NCBI GenBank assembly: GCA_964627095.1
Contig: CAZVKH010000001.1
Coordinates: 8,451-72,450 of the forward strand
Direction: 5' to 3'
Length of the DNA: 64,000 bases
From: an uncultured Candidatus Saccharibacteria bacterium
GTDB lineage: Bacteria > Patescibacteriota > Saccharimonadia > Saccharimonadales > JAUPVS01
Numbering within the stretch: the stretch's first letter is position 1; the number at the start of each line of letters is the position of its first letter. The notes beneath the pieces were generated by a model that saw only the letters and a list, made by a program, of their open reading frames with translations, ran no database searches and had not been told where the DNA came from. The position numbers and the translations under genes are program-made. This document shows, in pieces, positions 9,000 to 18,015 of this stretch.

Positions 9000-9035
9000 A
9001 TCTTACAGCTACTCTGTTAGATATGCAAGCATGAG
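9000..9035 (-). promoter_or_regulatory. promoter: CTCATGCTTGCAT (extended -35) -17 nt- TAAGAT -7 nt- ATG
   Basis: Direct reading of the minus strand. It is one of three copies of the same 12-mer, each positioned identically relative to a start codon. Confidence 0.55.
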
Positions 9036-9061
9036 CGAAATATGTTTTAAGATGTCTGGGC

Positions 9062-9508
9062 TTAGTCGAGTGCTCGGGCTTGCTGGATCTGTTGCATGAG
9101 GTGACATTTGTCGCCTCCCTCCTCAAAAATTTCACACGCCACCGGGCGCTCTTCGTAAATTCCGCAGTGCTCCCAGCCGTCTTGATCGGTTTCAAGATAC
9201 TTGCAGTCATTCAGCAATACGTACCGACCAAGATTTGCCGCCAATGGTTCGGTTGGTCGCTCAGGGTCAACATAGTAAGTTTTCATACCTGTTTCGGGGT
9301 CCCATTCAAGACCACGCGGATAGGGTGCATCCGGGCGAGCCTTTGGCGATGGCAAGGGAACCGTCAGAAACTTGTTACCCGGTCGAGTCATAAGGGCGAC
9401 TTCTTGAAATGTCAGATCGAATATTTCGTTAGCCCGGCAGCAAGCCGCTTGACACTCATTGCAGTCGTCAACTGGTTCAGATGAAATTTGGATTGGAATT
9501 CTGGACAT
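9062..9508 (-). CDS. YkgJ/UPF0153-family Cys-cluster protein (putative Fe-S or zinc-binding)
   Basis: The CNECQAACC motif (CxxCxxxCC) plus further Cys/His residues. Leaderless start after AATAAT. Confidence 0.6.
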   Translation of the reverse strand: MSRIPIQISSEPVDDCNECQAACCRANEIFDLTFQEVALMTRPGNKFLTVPLPSPKARPDAPYPRGLEWDPETGMKTYYVDPERPTEPLAANLGRYVLLNDCKYLETDQDGWEHCGIYEERPVACEIFEEGGDKCHLMQQIQQARALD

Positions 9509-9516
9509 ATTCTACG

Positions 9517-9552
9517 ATTATTGAGCCATCTACGGTCGTTTGCAAGCATGAG
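9517..9552 (-). promoter_or_regulatory. promoter: CTCATGCTTGCAA -17 nt- AATAAT -8 nt- ATG (YkgJ-like gene)
   Basis: Direct reading. Second copy of the 12-mer. Confidence 0.55.
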
Positions 9553-9689
9553 AGAATTGGAAGCGACTGCCTGGCGGCACATTTCGTCGCGGGCTCGGTG
9601 CCAGCACCTGCGCGCGCTCCTCATGAGCGCACCTTCGACTACTGTCTGCTGCGCAGCCAAGTCGAAGAACCGGCGTCTTGCTCACTGGC

Positions 9690-9720
9690 AAAGAAAAAGA
9701 GCCATCCTTATGGATGACTC
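9690..9720 (-). terminator. intrinsic terminator after tRNA-Pro (9-bp stem GAGUCAUCC/GGAUGGCUC, loop AUAA, then a U-run)
   Basis: On the minus strand the hairpin is followed by UCUUUUUCUUU immediately 3' of the tRNA. Confidence 0.7.
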
Positions 9721-9728
9721 ATTTTCTT

Positions 9729-9805
9729 TGGTCGGGGTGAAAGGACTCGAACCTTCGACCTCACGGTCCCAAACCGCGCGCGCTAGCCAACTGCGCCACA
9801 CCCCG
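9729..9805 (-). tRNA. tRNA-Pro (TGG)
   Basis: Acceptor CGGGGUG/CACCCCG, anticodon arm CGCGG-uuUGGga-CCGUG, T-arm GGUUCGAGUCC and an encoded CCA. Confidence 0.85.
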
Positions 9806-9900
9806 AGGTGTTTAACGGAGAAGATTATAACTGACTCCAGAGGAAATTGCTAGGGTTACTATAGCCTGGGACGAATAAATATGGCATAATTAACGGTAGT

Positions 9901-10059
9901 ATGAAGTATGTGTCGATTTTCTTTACAATCCTGTTGATCTGGGTGGCGGTCATCTTAATGGCAATTACCCGTAACAACTCCACGGAAATCTTCCAGCTTT
10001 TCTTGGCCGCCATTGGCTCAACGGTGGTGTTGTTCTTGATCGGTTTCTCCAGAAAGTAG
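9901..10059 (+). CDS. unlisted 52-aa two-helix membrane protein (MKYVSIFFTILLIWVAVILMAITRNNSTEIFQLFLAAIGSTVVLFLIGFSRK)
   Basis: ATG-initiated ORF below the 60-aa track cutoff. It is strongly hydrophobic, and its stop lies 4 nt before the ABC1-kinase start. The competing minus-strand ORF 9825..10079 is less plausible. Confidence 0.4.
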   Translation: MKYVSIFFTILLIWVAVILMAITRNNSTEIFQLFLAAIGSTVVLFLIGFSRK

Positions 10060-10063
10060 TTCA

Positions 10064-11614
10064 ATGAAGCAACAATCAATTGCAGCCATTAAACGGTATC
10101 GCACCAGACGACTGGCTAGCCTGGCAACCCGCTGTTACTATCTGCATAAACGTGGTAAAGACGAACAAATGGCCACCCTGCTCTGCGACGAACTGGTTGA
10201 TTTGGGCGGTGTTTATATTAAGTTCCTTCAGGGTGTATTGTTGCGTAGTAAGTTTTTACGCAAGTGGCAGAACCCGGACCGCTTAAAAATCTTCGAAAAT
10301 CTAGAAAGTGAGCCACTCGACATCGTCGCAGTACTGCGCCACGAGCTAAAGCCGGCTCAGTTAGAACAAATAACCATGGTTCAGCCGCAACCATTTGCGG
10401 CCGGTAGTTTTGGCCAGGTCTACTATGCCCAACTACACAATGGGCAACCGGTCATTATTAAGGTGTTACGCCCAATGGTCCGTGAACTCTTACGCTATGA
10501 CCTACGCCTACTATCGACCTTTAGCAAAAGCTTCTTTACCAAACTGTACAAGAACATGAATCTACAGGTTGATGAGGCTCTGAAAGAATTCCGTGAAGCC
10601 ACCCTGCGTGAAACCGACTACAAACACGAGGCCGGTTTTGCCGATGAGATGTACCGGGCCTACAAAGACAACCCCAAGATGGTGATTCCGCAAACCTATC
10701 TTGATCTGTGTACCGACAATATCATCGTCCAAGATTTTGTACCCGGGATATCGGTTGCTCAAGTCATTAAGCTCAAGGAACAGGGAGTGGACCCAGTCGA
10801 TTACGTTAAAGAGACGCTTGGCTCTGACTTAGACCTGCAATTGAGTACCTTGGGCTACGAATCAATTATGGGCATTTTCCACTTAGAACGCATCCAAGGA
10901 GACCCCCACCCTGGCAATATCCGTTTAATGGATGATGACCGTGTTGGCTTAATTGACTTCGGCATTAGTGCCAAGGCACCACCCGAAAAGGCCGCCTTCT
11001 TTGGTATGCTGCAGGCTTATGACCGCCTATTCAAAGGCTCACAGACGGCTGTTAATTTATTCGAGCAAGGTTTGCGCTTTTTTGTTAGTGACCTATACCG
11101 GGCCCTAAAGAAACTGGCTTCTATCTACGGCAAGGGTGATGACAAAGACTACTTAAGTGAAGTCAGCGGTATTGCCGCAAAGGCCTTTGCCGAGGTTACC
11201 GGGTCGGACATTATCGAGGCTAACTTTACCCAAGACAACTCGGCAATGGCAGTAATTAACCGGCTGGTAAATAAGGGAAATCGCTTTGGGCTGGTGATGC
11301 GCTTAGATGCCAGCGATATCTTACGGGCCGTTCAGACCTATACATCATTAGTTGGTAGCTTGGGACGCTATCAGCAAGTTGTGCCGCCCATTATGGACCG
11401 CGTGGTAACTGATGTACAAAAGCTCTACCCAGAAACAATTTCTGACAGCGATGACCAAATTTCGGTTGATGACGCGATTGATATAATTATGAAGTGGCTA
11501 GAGCGCGTCGCCGAACGCGACCCAGCCCTATTCCGTCAGTTAATGAGCAAAATTAAGACGGGCGGCCAAAAGGTTGTGCCCAAAGTAAAGAAAGAAGGAC
11601 CAGCCCATGCTTAA
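10064..11614 (+). CDS. ABC1/UbiB-family atypical protein kinase
   Basis: GGVYIKFLQ motif, AAGSFGQVYYAQL motif and a kinase-like catalytic region with HPGNI. Confidence 0.75.
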   Translation: MKQQSIAAIKRYRTRRLASLATRCYYLHKRGKDEQMATLLCDELVDLGGVYIKFLQGVLLRSKFLRKWQNPDRLKIFENLESEPLDIVAVLRHELKPAQLEQITMVQPQPFAAGSFGQVYYAQLHNGQPVIIKVLRPMVRELLRYDLRLLSTFSKSFFTKLYKNMNLQVDEALKEFREATLRETDYKHEAGFADEMYRAYKDNPKMVIPQTYLDLCTDNIIVQDFVPGISVAQVIKLKEQGVDPVDYVKETLGSDLDLQLSTLGYESIMGIFHLERIQGDPHPGNIRLMDDDRVGLIDFGISAKAPPEKAAFFGMLQAYDRLFKGSQTAVNLFEQGLRFFVSDLYRALKKLASIYGKGDDKDYLSEVSGIAAKAFAEVTGSDIIEANFTQDNSAMAVINRLVNKGNRFGLVMRLDASDILRAVQTYTSLVGSLGRYQQVVPPIMDRVVTDVQKLYPETISDSDDQISVDDAIDIIMKWLERVAERDPALFRQLMSKIKTGGQKVVPKVKKEGPAHA

Positions 11615-11795
11615 GGAATTCATCCTATTCATCAAATATCCCTACACAGCCGGCGTTATTGCCACCGTCTGGCTTGGTAGCGCCGTTTTAATGGCAATTA
11701 ACCATGACTTGCCAATTGTAGCCATGGTTATCATTAATATGGCTGTCAGCGTCGTTATCGCAGCCGTTGGCTTTACCGGCAGTAAAGAAGTTTAG
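11607..11795 (+). CDS. small two-TM membrane protein
   Basis: Hydrophobic 62-aa ORF overlapping the kinase stop by 8 nt. Confidence 0.4.
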   Translation: MLKEFILFIKYPYTAGVIATVWLGSAVLMAINHDLPIVAMVIINMAVSVVIAAVGFTGSKEV

Positions 11796-12595
11796 TCCTC
11801 TATAATCTTTTGAACCGGTGCAACGCTCAATGCTAAGCCGGTACTGGCATCAACCTCGACCACTAAGCCGTTCAACTGGAACGGCCCTTTGGTTTCGAGC
11901 TCATTGCGAGTCCGCAAACCATCACGCCAGCGCGGTATGACTGATTCTAGTGCTATGCCCAGGCTGCCGTGTAAAACTCCACACATACCAACATCACTCT
12001 GGTGGGCCGTTCCCTTGGGCAGAATCATGGCATCGGCCGTTGGAACATGCCAGTGGTCACCAACTACCAAGCTGACTCGGCCGTCTAAGTAATAGCCAAT
12101 TATGACTTTTTCACTACTAAAGTCACCGTGAAAATTAATAATCGTGGCTACTTTTTTATGGTCGGCTGTTTCTTCTAATATTTGGTCGATAACTTTTAAT
12201 GGGTTGTCGCTGGGCTTGTCGGCATCTTTGCCAACAATTGTACCCAGCAAACTAACCAGTAATATGTCACCGTGAGCTGTTTTTAAAAACTTGTAGCGTT
12301 GCCCCGGTGTGCCTTCGGGGTAGTTGGCCGGACGCACGACTGGTTGCTGTGGATCACTAAGATGATCAAATATGTCGTCGTTGTATAGCGTCCAGTTGCC
12401 CCCGGTAAAGCCATCGACACCAGCATGGCGCAAGCGCTCGTAATCGGTTTTATTCAAGCCCTTACCTTCAGTAACATTTTCGGCCTGCGCTATAACTACA
12501 TCAATTGAGTGTTCATGTTTAAGGTCGGTTAGTAGTTTTTCAACGGTCTTTATACCTGGCTCACCCATAATATCGCCGAGATAGAGTATCTTCAT
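11792..12595 (-). CDS. ymdB: YmdB-family metallophosphoesterase (2',3'-cyclic-nucleotide phosphodiesterase, TIGR00282-like)
   Basis: MKILYLGDIMGEPG N-terminal motif and a calcineurin-like metallophosphatase His/Asp pattern. It follows rny as in Bacillus. Confidence 0.8.
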   Translation of the reverse strand: MKILYLGDIMGEPGIKTVEKLLTDLKHEHSIDVVIAQAENVTEGKGLNKTDYERLRHAGVDGFTGGNWTLYNDDIFDHLSDPQQPVVRPANYPEGTPGQRYKFLKTAHGDILLVSLLGTIVGKDADKPSDNPLKVIDQILEETADHKKVATIINFHGDFSSEKVIIGYYLDGRVSLVVGDHWHVPTADAMILPKGTAHQSDVGMCGVLHGSLGIALESVIPRWRDGLRTRNELETKGPFQLNGLVVEVDASTGLALSVAPVQKIIED

Positions 12596-12603
12596 AACTT
12601 GTA

Positions 12604-13203
12604 TTATAGCTCTAAGCCGTTTTGCTGCTTAAGAATTTTCTTAACGTCAGAAATAACTTGCTCGGGCGAAACCGCCTGAATAACATGAATTCCCCTACGG
12701 CGGGCGGGCTTAAGAAAGCGTTCTTGGTCGTCGATAAACACCACTTCGTCGGCCTGGCAGCCAAGCCGTTTTAAAGCTAGTTCGTAGATAGCGTCATCGG
12801 GCTTGGATAGGCCTTCTTCAAAAGAAAGTATTACCGGGTCAAAGTTATCATAGTGACCACCCGCCCGTAATAAGTCGGCACTGGTTTTGTACATATTAGA
12901 CAGGATGGCAGTTTTAAGTCCGGCTTTACGGATTTTGTCGGCCAAGCTATAGACCTCGGGGTGAGCTTCTAAGATACCGGAAGCTTTTAAAAAGTCAGTC
13001 GACAATATTGTGCGGCCCTGGCGGCGACTCAACTCAGCAAAGAATTCGTCGGTACTTAATTCGCCACTCCACAAGCCTTCGCGTAAATCTTCGATACCCA
13101 AGTTATCAGGGCTAACACCCAGCATTCGGGCTAGGCTCCCCTTAAAGTTTTTACCACCCGGCGAAAGGACGCCCCCGTAGTCAAACAATACCGCCTTTAT
13201 CAT
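12604..13203 (-). CDS. HAD-superfamily hydrolase
   Basis: The N-terminal motif LFDYGGV (DxG) fits HAD motif I. Length is about 199 aa. Confidence 0.65.
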   Translation of the reverse strand: MIKAVLFDYGGVLSPGGKNFKGSLARMLGVSPDNLGIEDLREGLWSGELSTDEFFAELSRRQGRTILSTDFLKASGILEAHPEVYSLADKIRKAGLKTAILSNMYKTSADLLRAGGHYDNFDPVILSFEEGLSKPDDAIYELALKRLGCQADEVVFIDDQERFLKPARRRGIHVIQAVSPEQVISDVKKILKQQNGLEL

Positions 13204-13205
13204 GG

Positions 13206-14720
13206 CTACTTAGCGAACTCGACGGCGCGGGTCTCGCGGATTACGTTAACTTTAATGGTACCAGGGTACTGCATACTAGCTTCGATCTTGGTTGCAATGT
13301 CACGGGCTAACTTAATGGCGCTTAGGTCATCGATGTCTTTAGGTCGCACAAACACACGGACTTCACGGCCGGCGCTAATGGCGTAAGATTTCTCGATACC
13401 CTTAAAGCTGTTGGCAACATTCTCGAGATCTTTCATGCGCTCCACAAAGTTCTCGGCGCTAATATTGCGGGCACCGGGTCGTGAGGCGCTGACAGCGTCA
13501 ACCACGCGCACAATCAAAGCTTCGGTAGTGGTGGCTTCAACGTCATCGTGATGCTGTTCGGCAGCCAAGGCGACTGCTTCGGGCGCACCATATTTGCGTA
13601 GCATCTCACCGCTAATGTGATGGTGCTTGCCTTCCATCTTGTGCGTCATGGCCTTGCCTAGGTCATGCACCAATGCAGCGTACTTAGTGGTCTTAACGTC
13701 AGCGTTAAGTTCTTCGGCAATAATACCGGCCATATGCGCCATCTCGGTGCTGTGCTTAAGAACATTCTGGCCGTAACTGGTACGGAATTTAAGTTCACCA
13801 AGGAGCTCCAGAATCTCGCGCGGGATACCTATTACACCAACTTCGCGAGCGGCATCTTCGCCAGCGCGCACCACGTCTTTATGAACATTCTTCTGAGCCT
13901 TCTCGACAACTTCTTCGATACGGCCAGGGTGCACCCGACCATCTTTTAGGAGCATTTCTAAGGCTTGGCGGGCAACTTCGCGACGAACCGGGTCAAAGCT
14001 ACTAAGCACAACGTAACCAGGTGTATCATCAACCATAATGTCGACGCCAGTGGCGCGCTGCAAGGCTTGGATGTTGCGACCTTCCTTACCTATAATGCGG
14101 CCTTTCATTTCTTCATCTTCTAGTTTTAAGCTAGTAATGGTTCGCTCGGCAGTTACTTCGCTGGCCATGCGTTCCATGGCTTGAGCGATAATGCTACCGG
14201 CCTGCTCTTCGGCATCAACCTGGGCTTCCTTCTGCATTTTAGAAATCAAACCGATCAGGTCACCCTTAATATCACGCTCGGTCATTTGCATCAGCTTCTC
14301 GGCCGCTTCGGTCTTGGTCAGCTTGGCAATCTTTTCGAGTTTTTCTTGTTGCTTAACGCGCACCGCTCGAATTTCGTTTTTCAGCTCTTCGGCTTCGTCC
14401 TCGGCCTTACGCAAGTTTTCGTTGCGCTTGTCGAGGGCGTCGAGTTTTTTGTCTAAGGCTTCTTCGCGGTCGAGTAGGCGTTGTTCAATTTGCTTGATTT
14501 CGCGACGGCGTGTCTGTTCATCTTTGCGCGCCTCTTCGGCCACAGCGGCAGCTTCTTCGCGTGCCTTAGCCAGTTCTTTGTTGGCCTCTTTTTTAGCTTG
14601 CGCCAGCTCTTTAGAAGCGGCTTCTTTACTTGCACCAACTCTTTTTTGCGTCACAGCAGTGCTGGCACCAAAGCCTGCGGCTAATCCAGCCACAGCCAAT
14701 ACGATGGTAATTGGATCCAT
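13206..14720 (-). CDS. rny: ribonuclease Y
   Basis: N-terminal TM helix, a long coiled coil, a KH domain (GRIIGKEGRNIQALQRATG) and an HD domain (HSTEMAHMAGIIAEE...VHDLGK). Confidence 0.9.
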   Translation of the reverse strand: MDPITIVLAVAGLAAGFGASTAVTQKRVGASKEAASKELAQAKKEANKELAKAREEAAAVAEEARKDEQTRRREIKQIEQRLLDREEALDKKLDALDKRNENLRKAEDEAEELKNEIRAVRVKQQEKLEKIAKLTKTEAAEKLMQMTERDIKGDLIGLISKMQKEAQVDAEEQAGSIIAQAMERMASEVTAERTITSLKLEDEEMKGRIIGKEGRNIQALQRATGVDIMVDDTPGYVVLSSFDPVRREVARQALEMLLKDGRVHPGRIEEVVEKAQKNVHKDVVRAGEDAAREVGVIGIPREILELLGELKFRTSYGQNVLKHSTEMAHMAGIIAEELNADVKTTKYAALVHDLGKAMTHKMEGKHHHISGEMLRKYGAPEAVALAAEQHHDDVEATTTEALIVRVVDAVSASRPGARNISAENFVERMKDLENVANSFKGIEKSYAISAGREVRVFVRPKDIDDLSAIKLARDIATKIEASMQYPGTIKVNVIRETRAVEFAK

Positions 14721-14912
14721 GGTTATTCCTTTCTGATATGTGTTTGCAGATCAACGCTGATAATCGTTGGCCGGCAATCACTATCACTTCTTTAGCACGG
14801 CTTCTCGAACGCGGAAATCTGAAAATTCAATTAAAAATTACTTGAGGTGCGGATTTTGTTCCCAAAACTCTTAAAATCCTAAGCCTACTATACCCCCCAG
14901 TGACGGCTTTGT

Positions 14913-15305
14913 CTATTTGCGCGGCTTGGTTATATGGATTTCGCCACCATACTCTGGTAGCGCACTTTTTTCATTCTCACCAGCGACGAGTCTAGCGACG
15001 CCGTCTTCTTGCCAGCCAGTACCACCGGCTCCCACTACGGGGATTTCTAAGCCATAGGCCAGGGCATTGCCGACACTCATGCCAATTCGTAAGCCAGTAA
15101 AGCTACCCGGTCCCTTGTAGCAAACAATGCCACCGAGGTCTTTTTGGCTCTTATTATTGGACTTAAGCAGTTCGTCGATTTTACTATGCAGCGTCTCGGC
15201 TAGTTGACGATGAGCTTCCCAGGTCAGTTCGACTTTTGTCTCACCCTCAATTAGCAGAGCAACTTCGGCCTTAGGCTGGTCGGTCTTAATGGCTAGAACA
15301 ATCAT
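14913..15305 (-). CDS. tsaB: tRNA threonylcarbamoyladenosine biosynthesis protein TsaB (short form, N-terminal domain only)
   Basis: MIVLAIKTDQPKAEVALL...GPGSFTGLRIGMSVGNALAYGLEIPVVG matches the YeaZ family. Confidence 0.75.
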   Translation of the reverse strand: MIVLAIKTDQPKAEVALLIEGETKVELTWEAHRQLAETLHSKIDELLKSNNKSQKDLGGIVCYKGPGSFTGLRIGMSVGNALAYGLEIPVVGAGGTGWQEDGVARLVAGENEKSALPEYGGEIHITKPRK

Positions 15306-15307
15306 AG

Positions 15308-15766
15308 CTAGCTTAACCCTTCTGTCAAATAAGATAATTCATCAGCACATTTAATCTTTAGCTCACGACCATCGTCGTCGGTTTGGGTAATAGCAACTGT
15401 CAGACGTTTTTCTGGCAGTACATGCTGAACAACATCACCCCATTCAATCACAACTACACAATTCTTGTCAGTCAACACATCGGCTAGCTCATGCTCGATC
15501 AGGCCGGCTTGGGGCAGGCGGTAAAAGTCAAAGTGGTGCATCTCCTTGGAACCACTCTTGTAAACCTTGCTAATCGTAAAGGTTGGACTAGCCACCCGGT
15601 CGGGACTACCAAATCCTCTTGCTAAACCGCGCGTAAAGGTTGTCTTGCCTCCACCCAAGTCGCTAACTAGCTCAATTACCTCACCACCACGTAGATTGCC
15701 GCCGATTATCTCGGCAATATTTTCGGTTTGGTTAGCGTCAGCCGTCTTAATAACTTTCATGCTCAT
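15308..15766 (-). CDS. tsaE: tRNA threonylcarbamoyladenosine biosynthesis ATPase TsaE
   Basis: P-loop LVSDLGGGKTTFTRGLARGFG followed by SPTF, matching the YjeE family. Confidence 0.85.
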   Translation of the reverse strand: MSMKVIKTADANQTENIAEIIGGNLRGGEVIELVSDLGGGKTTFTRGLARGFGSPDRVASPTFTISKVYKSGSKEMHHFDFYRLPQAGLIEHELADVLTDKNCVVVIEWGDVVQHVLPEKRLTVAITQTDDDGRELKIKCADELSYLTEGLS

Positions 15767-15823
15767 TCATGGTAGCGTGATTTACCAACCGTCGGCAAGC
15801 TTATGCGCTATAATAGGGTAACT

Positions 15824-16348
15824 ATGTTGCAGTTGAGTAAAACATTGATGGATCGTCCTGTTATGAGTCTTCGTACCGGCGGCAGGGTAGCAACGGCAAC
15901 GGCGCCTATTATTAACCCTAATAACTTGAAAATAGAAGGTTGGTACTGCCAGGATCACTTTAGCAAGAATACCCTGGTGCTTTTAAGCCAGGATGTCCGT
16001 GACATAATTGGCCAAGGTTTGGTCATTAATGACCACGAAAACTTAAGCGAAGTAGAGGATTTGGTCAGGCTAAAAGACGTGCTGGACCTAAACTTTGAAC
16101 TCCTAGGCAAGCCAGTAGTAACTGTTAATAAGAAGCGCTACGGTAAGGTCAGTGACTTTGCGGTTGAAACAGAAACCTTTTACATCCAAAAAATTTACGT
16201 TAGCCAGTCGATTATGCGTAGCCTTAACGGCGGCAACTTAGGTGTAGATAGAAGTCAGATCGTTGAAATAACGCACCACAAAATTGTTATTCAAGATCCT
16301 CTTAAGCCCGTCAAAGCTTCGACTTCAACTGCTCCGGCCGTTGGCTAA
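15824..16348 (+). CDS. PRC-barrel domain protein (two repeats); the true start is probably ATG 15824, not 15803
   Basis: MLQLSKTLMDRPVMSL and a second GKPVVTV repeat. TATAAT at 15808-15813 lies 9 nt upstream of ATG 15824 (leaderless layout). Confidence 0.5.
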   Translation: MLQLSKTLMDRPVMSLRTGGRVATATAPIINPNNLKIEGWYCQDHFSKNTLVLLSQDVRDIIGQGLVINDHENLSEVEDLVRLKDVLDLNFELLGKPVVTVNKKRYGKVSDFAVETETFYIQKIYVSQSIMRSLNGGNLGVDRSQIVEITHHKIVIQDPLKPVKASTSTAPAVG

Positions 16349-16953
16349 TCTTCTACCGAATCATGTAGAGCGACTTTGATATCACCATAGTTGTAGCCCT
16401 GCCTTAATAGATAAGCGATAAGTTTTTGCGGATCTTGATAACGGCTCTGACTGCGTTTCTTTTCTATTACCTCTTTTAGAGCCGATGTTTCATCTCCCTC
16501 GTCTTCGGCCAAAGCGGCTTCGATGACCTCCTTATTAACATGCTTCTGCATAAGTTCCTGGCGTAGTCGACGCAGGGAAGTGGGCTTTAACAAGCGCCGA
16601 TTAGTAATCCAAGACTGGGCAAACTTAGCATCATCAATATAATCATATTCACTTAACTTGTTAAGTATATTATCGACCGTGGGGGAGTCATATTCTTTAC
16701 GCTTTAAATAATCTCTGACCTCCCACTCACTGCGTGGTCGCCTCGCAAGGTAATCCAGCGATCTCATAAATGCCTTGTCGAGCACGGCCGTCTGTTGCAG
16801 CTCTTCTAGCTCTTGCGTGTTGTAGTCTCGCCCAATCCTAATACCGGACTTCATTAACTCGGTTTCACTTAAACTGAATGAGTATTTGTCATCAACATAT
16901 ATTGAGTACCGACTTTTACGCTTTACCTGTTGCTTGATGTCAGTAATACGCAT
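16345..16953 (-). CDS. recX: recombination regulator RecX
   Basis: RecX-like three-helix repeats (RSLDYLARRPRSEWEVRDYLKRK) in the position immediately downstream of recA. Confidence 0.75.
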   Translation of the reverse strand: MRITDIKQQVKRKSRYSIYVDDKYSFSLSETELMKSGIRIGRDYNTQELEELQQTAVLDKAFMRSLDYLARRPRSEWEVRDYLKRKEYDSPTVDNILNKLSEYDYIDDAKFAQSWITNRRLLKPTSLRRLRQELMQKHVNKEVIEAALAEDEGDETSALKEVIEKKRSQSRYQDPQKLIAYLLRQGYNYGDIKVALHDSVED

Positions 16954-16971
16954 TACTGCGGGTGCCTTAGT

Positions 16972-18015
16972 CTAGGCAGCCTTCTTGGCAGAGGCTTCAC
17001 GAACCTGGGCAGCTATCTTGTCTAATACTTTAGGGTTGGCTTCTAGATACTTCTTAGCAGCTTCGCGGCCTTGAGCTATTTTCTCGCCGTTATAGGCAAA
17101 CCACGCACCACTCTTTTCGACTATATTGTCTTCGACAGCCAGGTCAAGAGTATCGCCACTCACGCTGATACCTTGGTTGTACATAATGTCGAACTCAGCT
17201 TGACGGAAAGGTGGGGCAATTTTGTTTTTAACAACCTTGACGCGCACGCGCCCACCAACAATCTCTTCGCCCTGCTTAATCTGGCTGATGCGACGAATAT
17301 CCATACGAACGCTGGCGTAAAACTTGAGAGCGTTACCGCCCGTTGTTGTCTCTGGGTTGCCAAACATCACACCGATCTTCATGCGGATCTGGTTAATAAA
17401 TATGACCGTTACATTCGACTTGTTGATAACACTGGTTAGCTTACGCAGGGCCTGGCTCATTAATCGAGCCTGCAAGCCCATGTGTGAGTCACCCATGTCG
17501 CCCTCAATTTCAGCACGCGGCACAAGTGCGGCCACTGAGTCGATTACAATTAGGTCAACGGCATTACTACGCACGAGGGTTTCAACAATTTCGAGGGCTT
17601 GTTCACCACTATCTGGCTGTGAAAGCAAAAGATTAGCTGTATCGACACCGATGCGCTTGGCGTAGGCCGGATCAAGGGCATGCTCGGCATCGATGAATGC
17701 AGCCGTGCCACCAAGTTTTTGGACTTCGGCGATGGCATGCAAGGTCATGGTTGTCTTACCGCTTGACTCTGGACCATAAATTTCGACAACACGGCCTTTG
17801 GGAATACCACCACCAAGTGCTAAGTCTAACGACAGGCTACCAGAAGGGGTGCACTCCACGTGAGTAGCGTGGGCTTCACCCAACTTCATGATTGCACCTT
17901 TACCAAATTGTTTTTCGATTGTTTCGACAGCGAGGCCTAAGGCTTTGGATTTGCCTTGACTGGCTGTATTGTCGGGTTTTTCTGAATTAGCTTTAACGGC
18001 CATGACTACCTCCAC
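16972..18015 (-). CDS. recA: recombinase RecA
   Basis: GPESSGKTT Walker A and RecA loop L1/L2 conservation. GGAGG ribosome-binding site and a TTGTCA-17-TATAAT promoter. Confidence 0.95.
   Translation of the reverse strand: MEVVMAVKANSEKPDNTASQGKSKALGLAVETIEKQFGKGAIMKLGEAHATHVECTPSGSLSLDLALGGGIPKGRVVEIYGPESSGKTTMTLHAIAEVQKLGGTAAFIDAEHALDPAYAKRIGVDTANLLLSQPDSGEQALEIVETLVRSNAVDLIVIDSVAALVPRAEIEGDMGDSHMGLQARLMSQALRKLTSVINKSNVTVIFINQIRMKIGVMFGNPETTTGGNALKFYASVRMDIRRISQIKQGEEIVGGRVRVKVVKNKIAPPFRQAEFDIMYNQGISVSGDTLDLAVEDNIVEKSGAWFAYNGEKIAQGREAAKKYLEANPKVLDKIAAQVREASAKKAA

Noticed and set aside
9024-9035. Reading TTGCA of the 12-mer as a sigma-54 -12 element
   Set aside because: No GG(-24) element is present 10 nt upstream in any of the three copies. 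The spacing to a -10-like hexamer and the ATG fits a sigma-70-type leaderless promoter better.
9412-9853. ORFs 9412..9660 (-), 9481..9717 (+), 9488..9853 (+) in the YkgJ/tRNA-Pro intergenic region
   Set aside because: They span the tRNA-Pro gene, its terminator and promoter B. They have no ATG and SD context, and one overlaps the tRNA on the same strand.
9825-10079. 84-aa minus-strand ORF
   Set aside because: It runs into the ABC1 kinase 5' end. The plus-strand 52-aa hydrophobic ORF with an ATG start and 4-nt coupling to the kinase is more plausible.
14191-14736. 181-aa plus-strand ORF antisense to rny (also 13665..13949, 14181..14456, 14453..14638, 14481..14684)
   Set aside because: They lie inside the well-supported RNase Y CDS. 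The translations are Ser/Ala/Arg low complexity driven by the coiled-coil codon bias.
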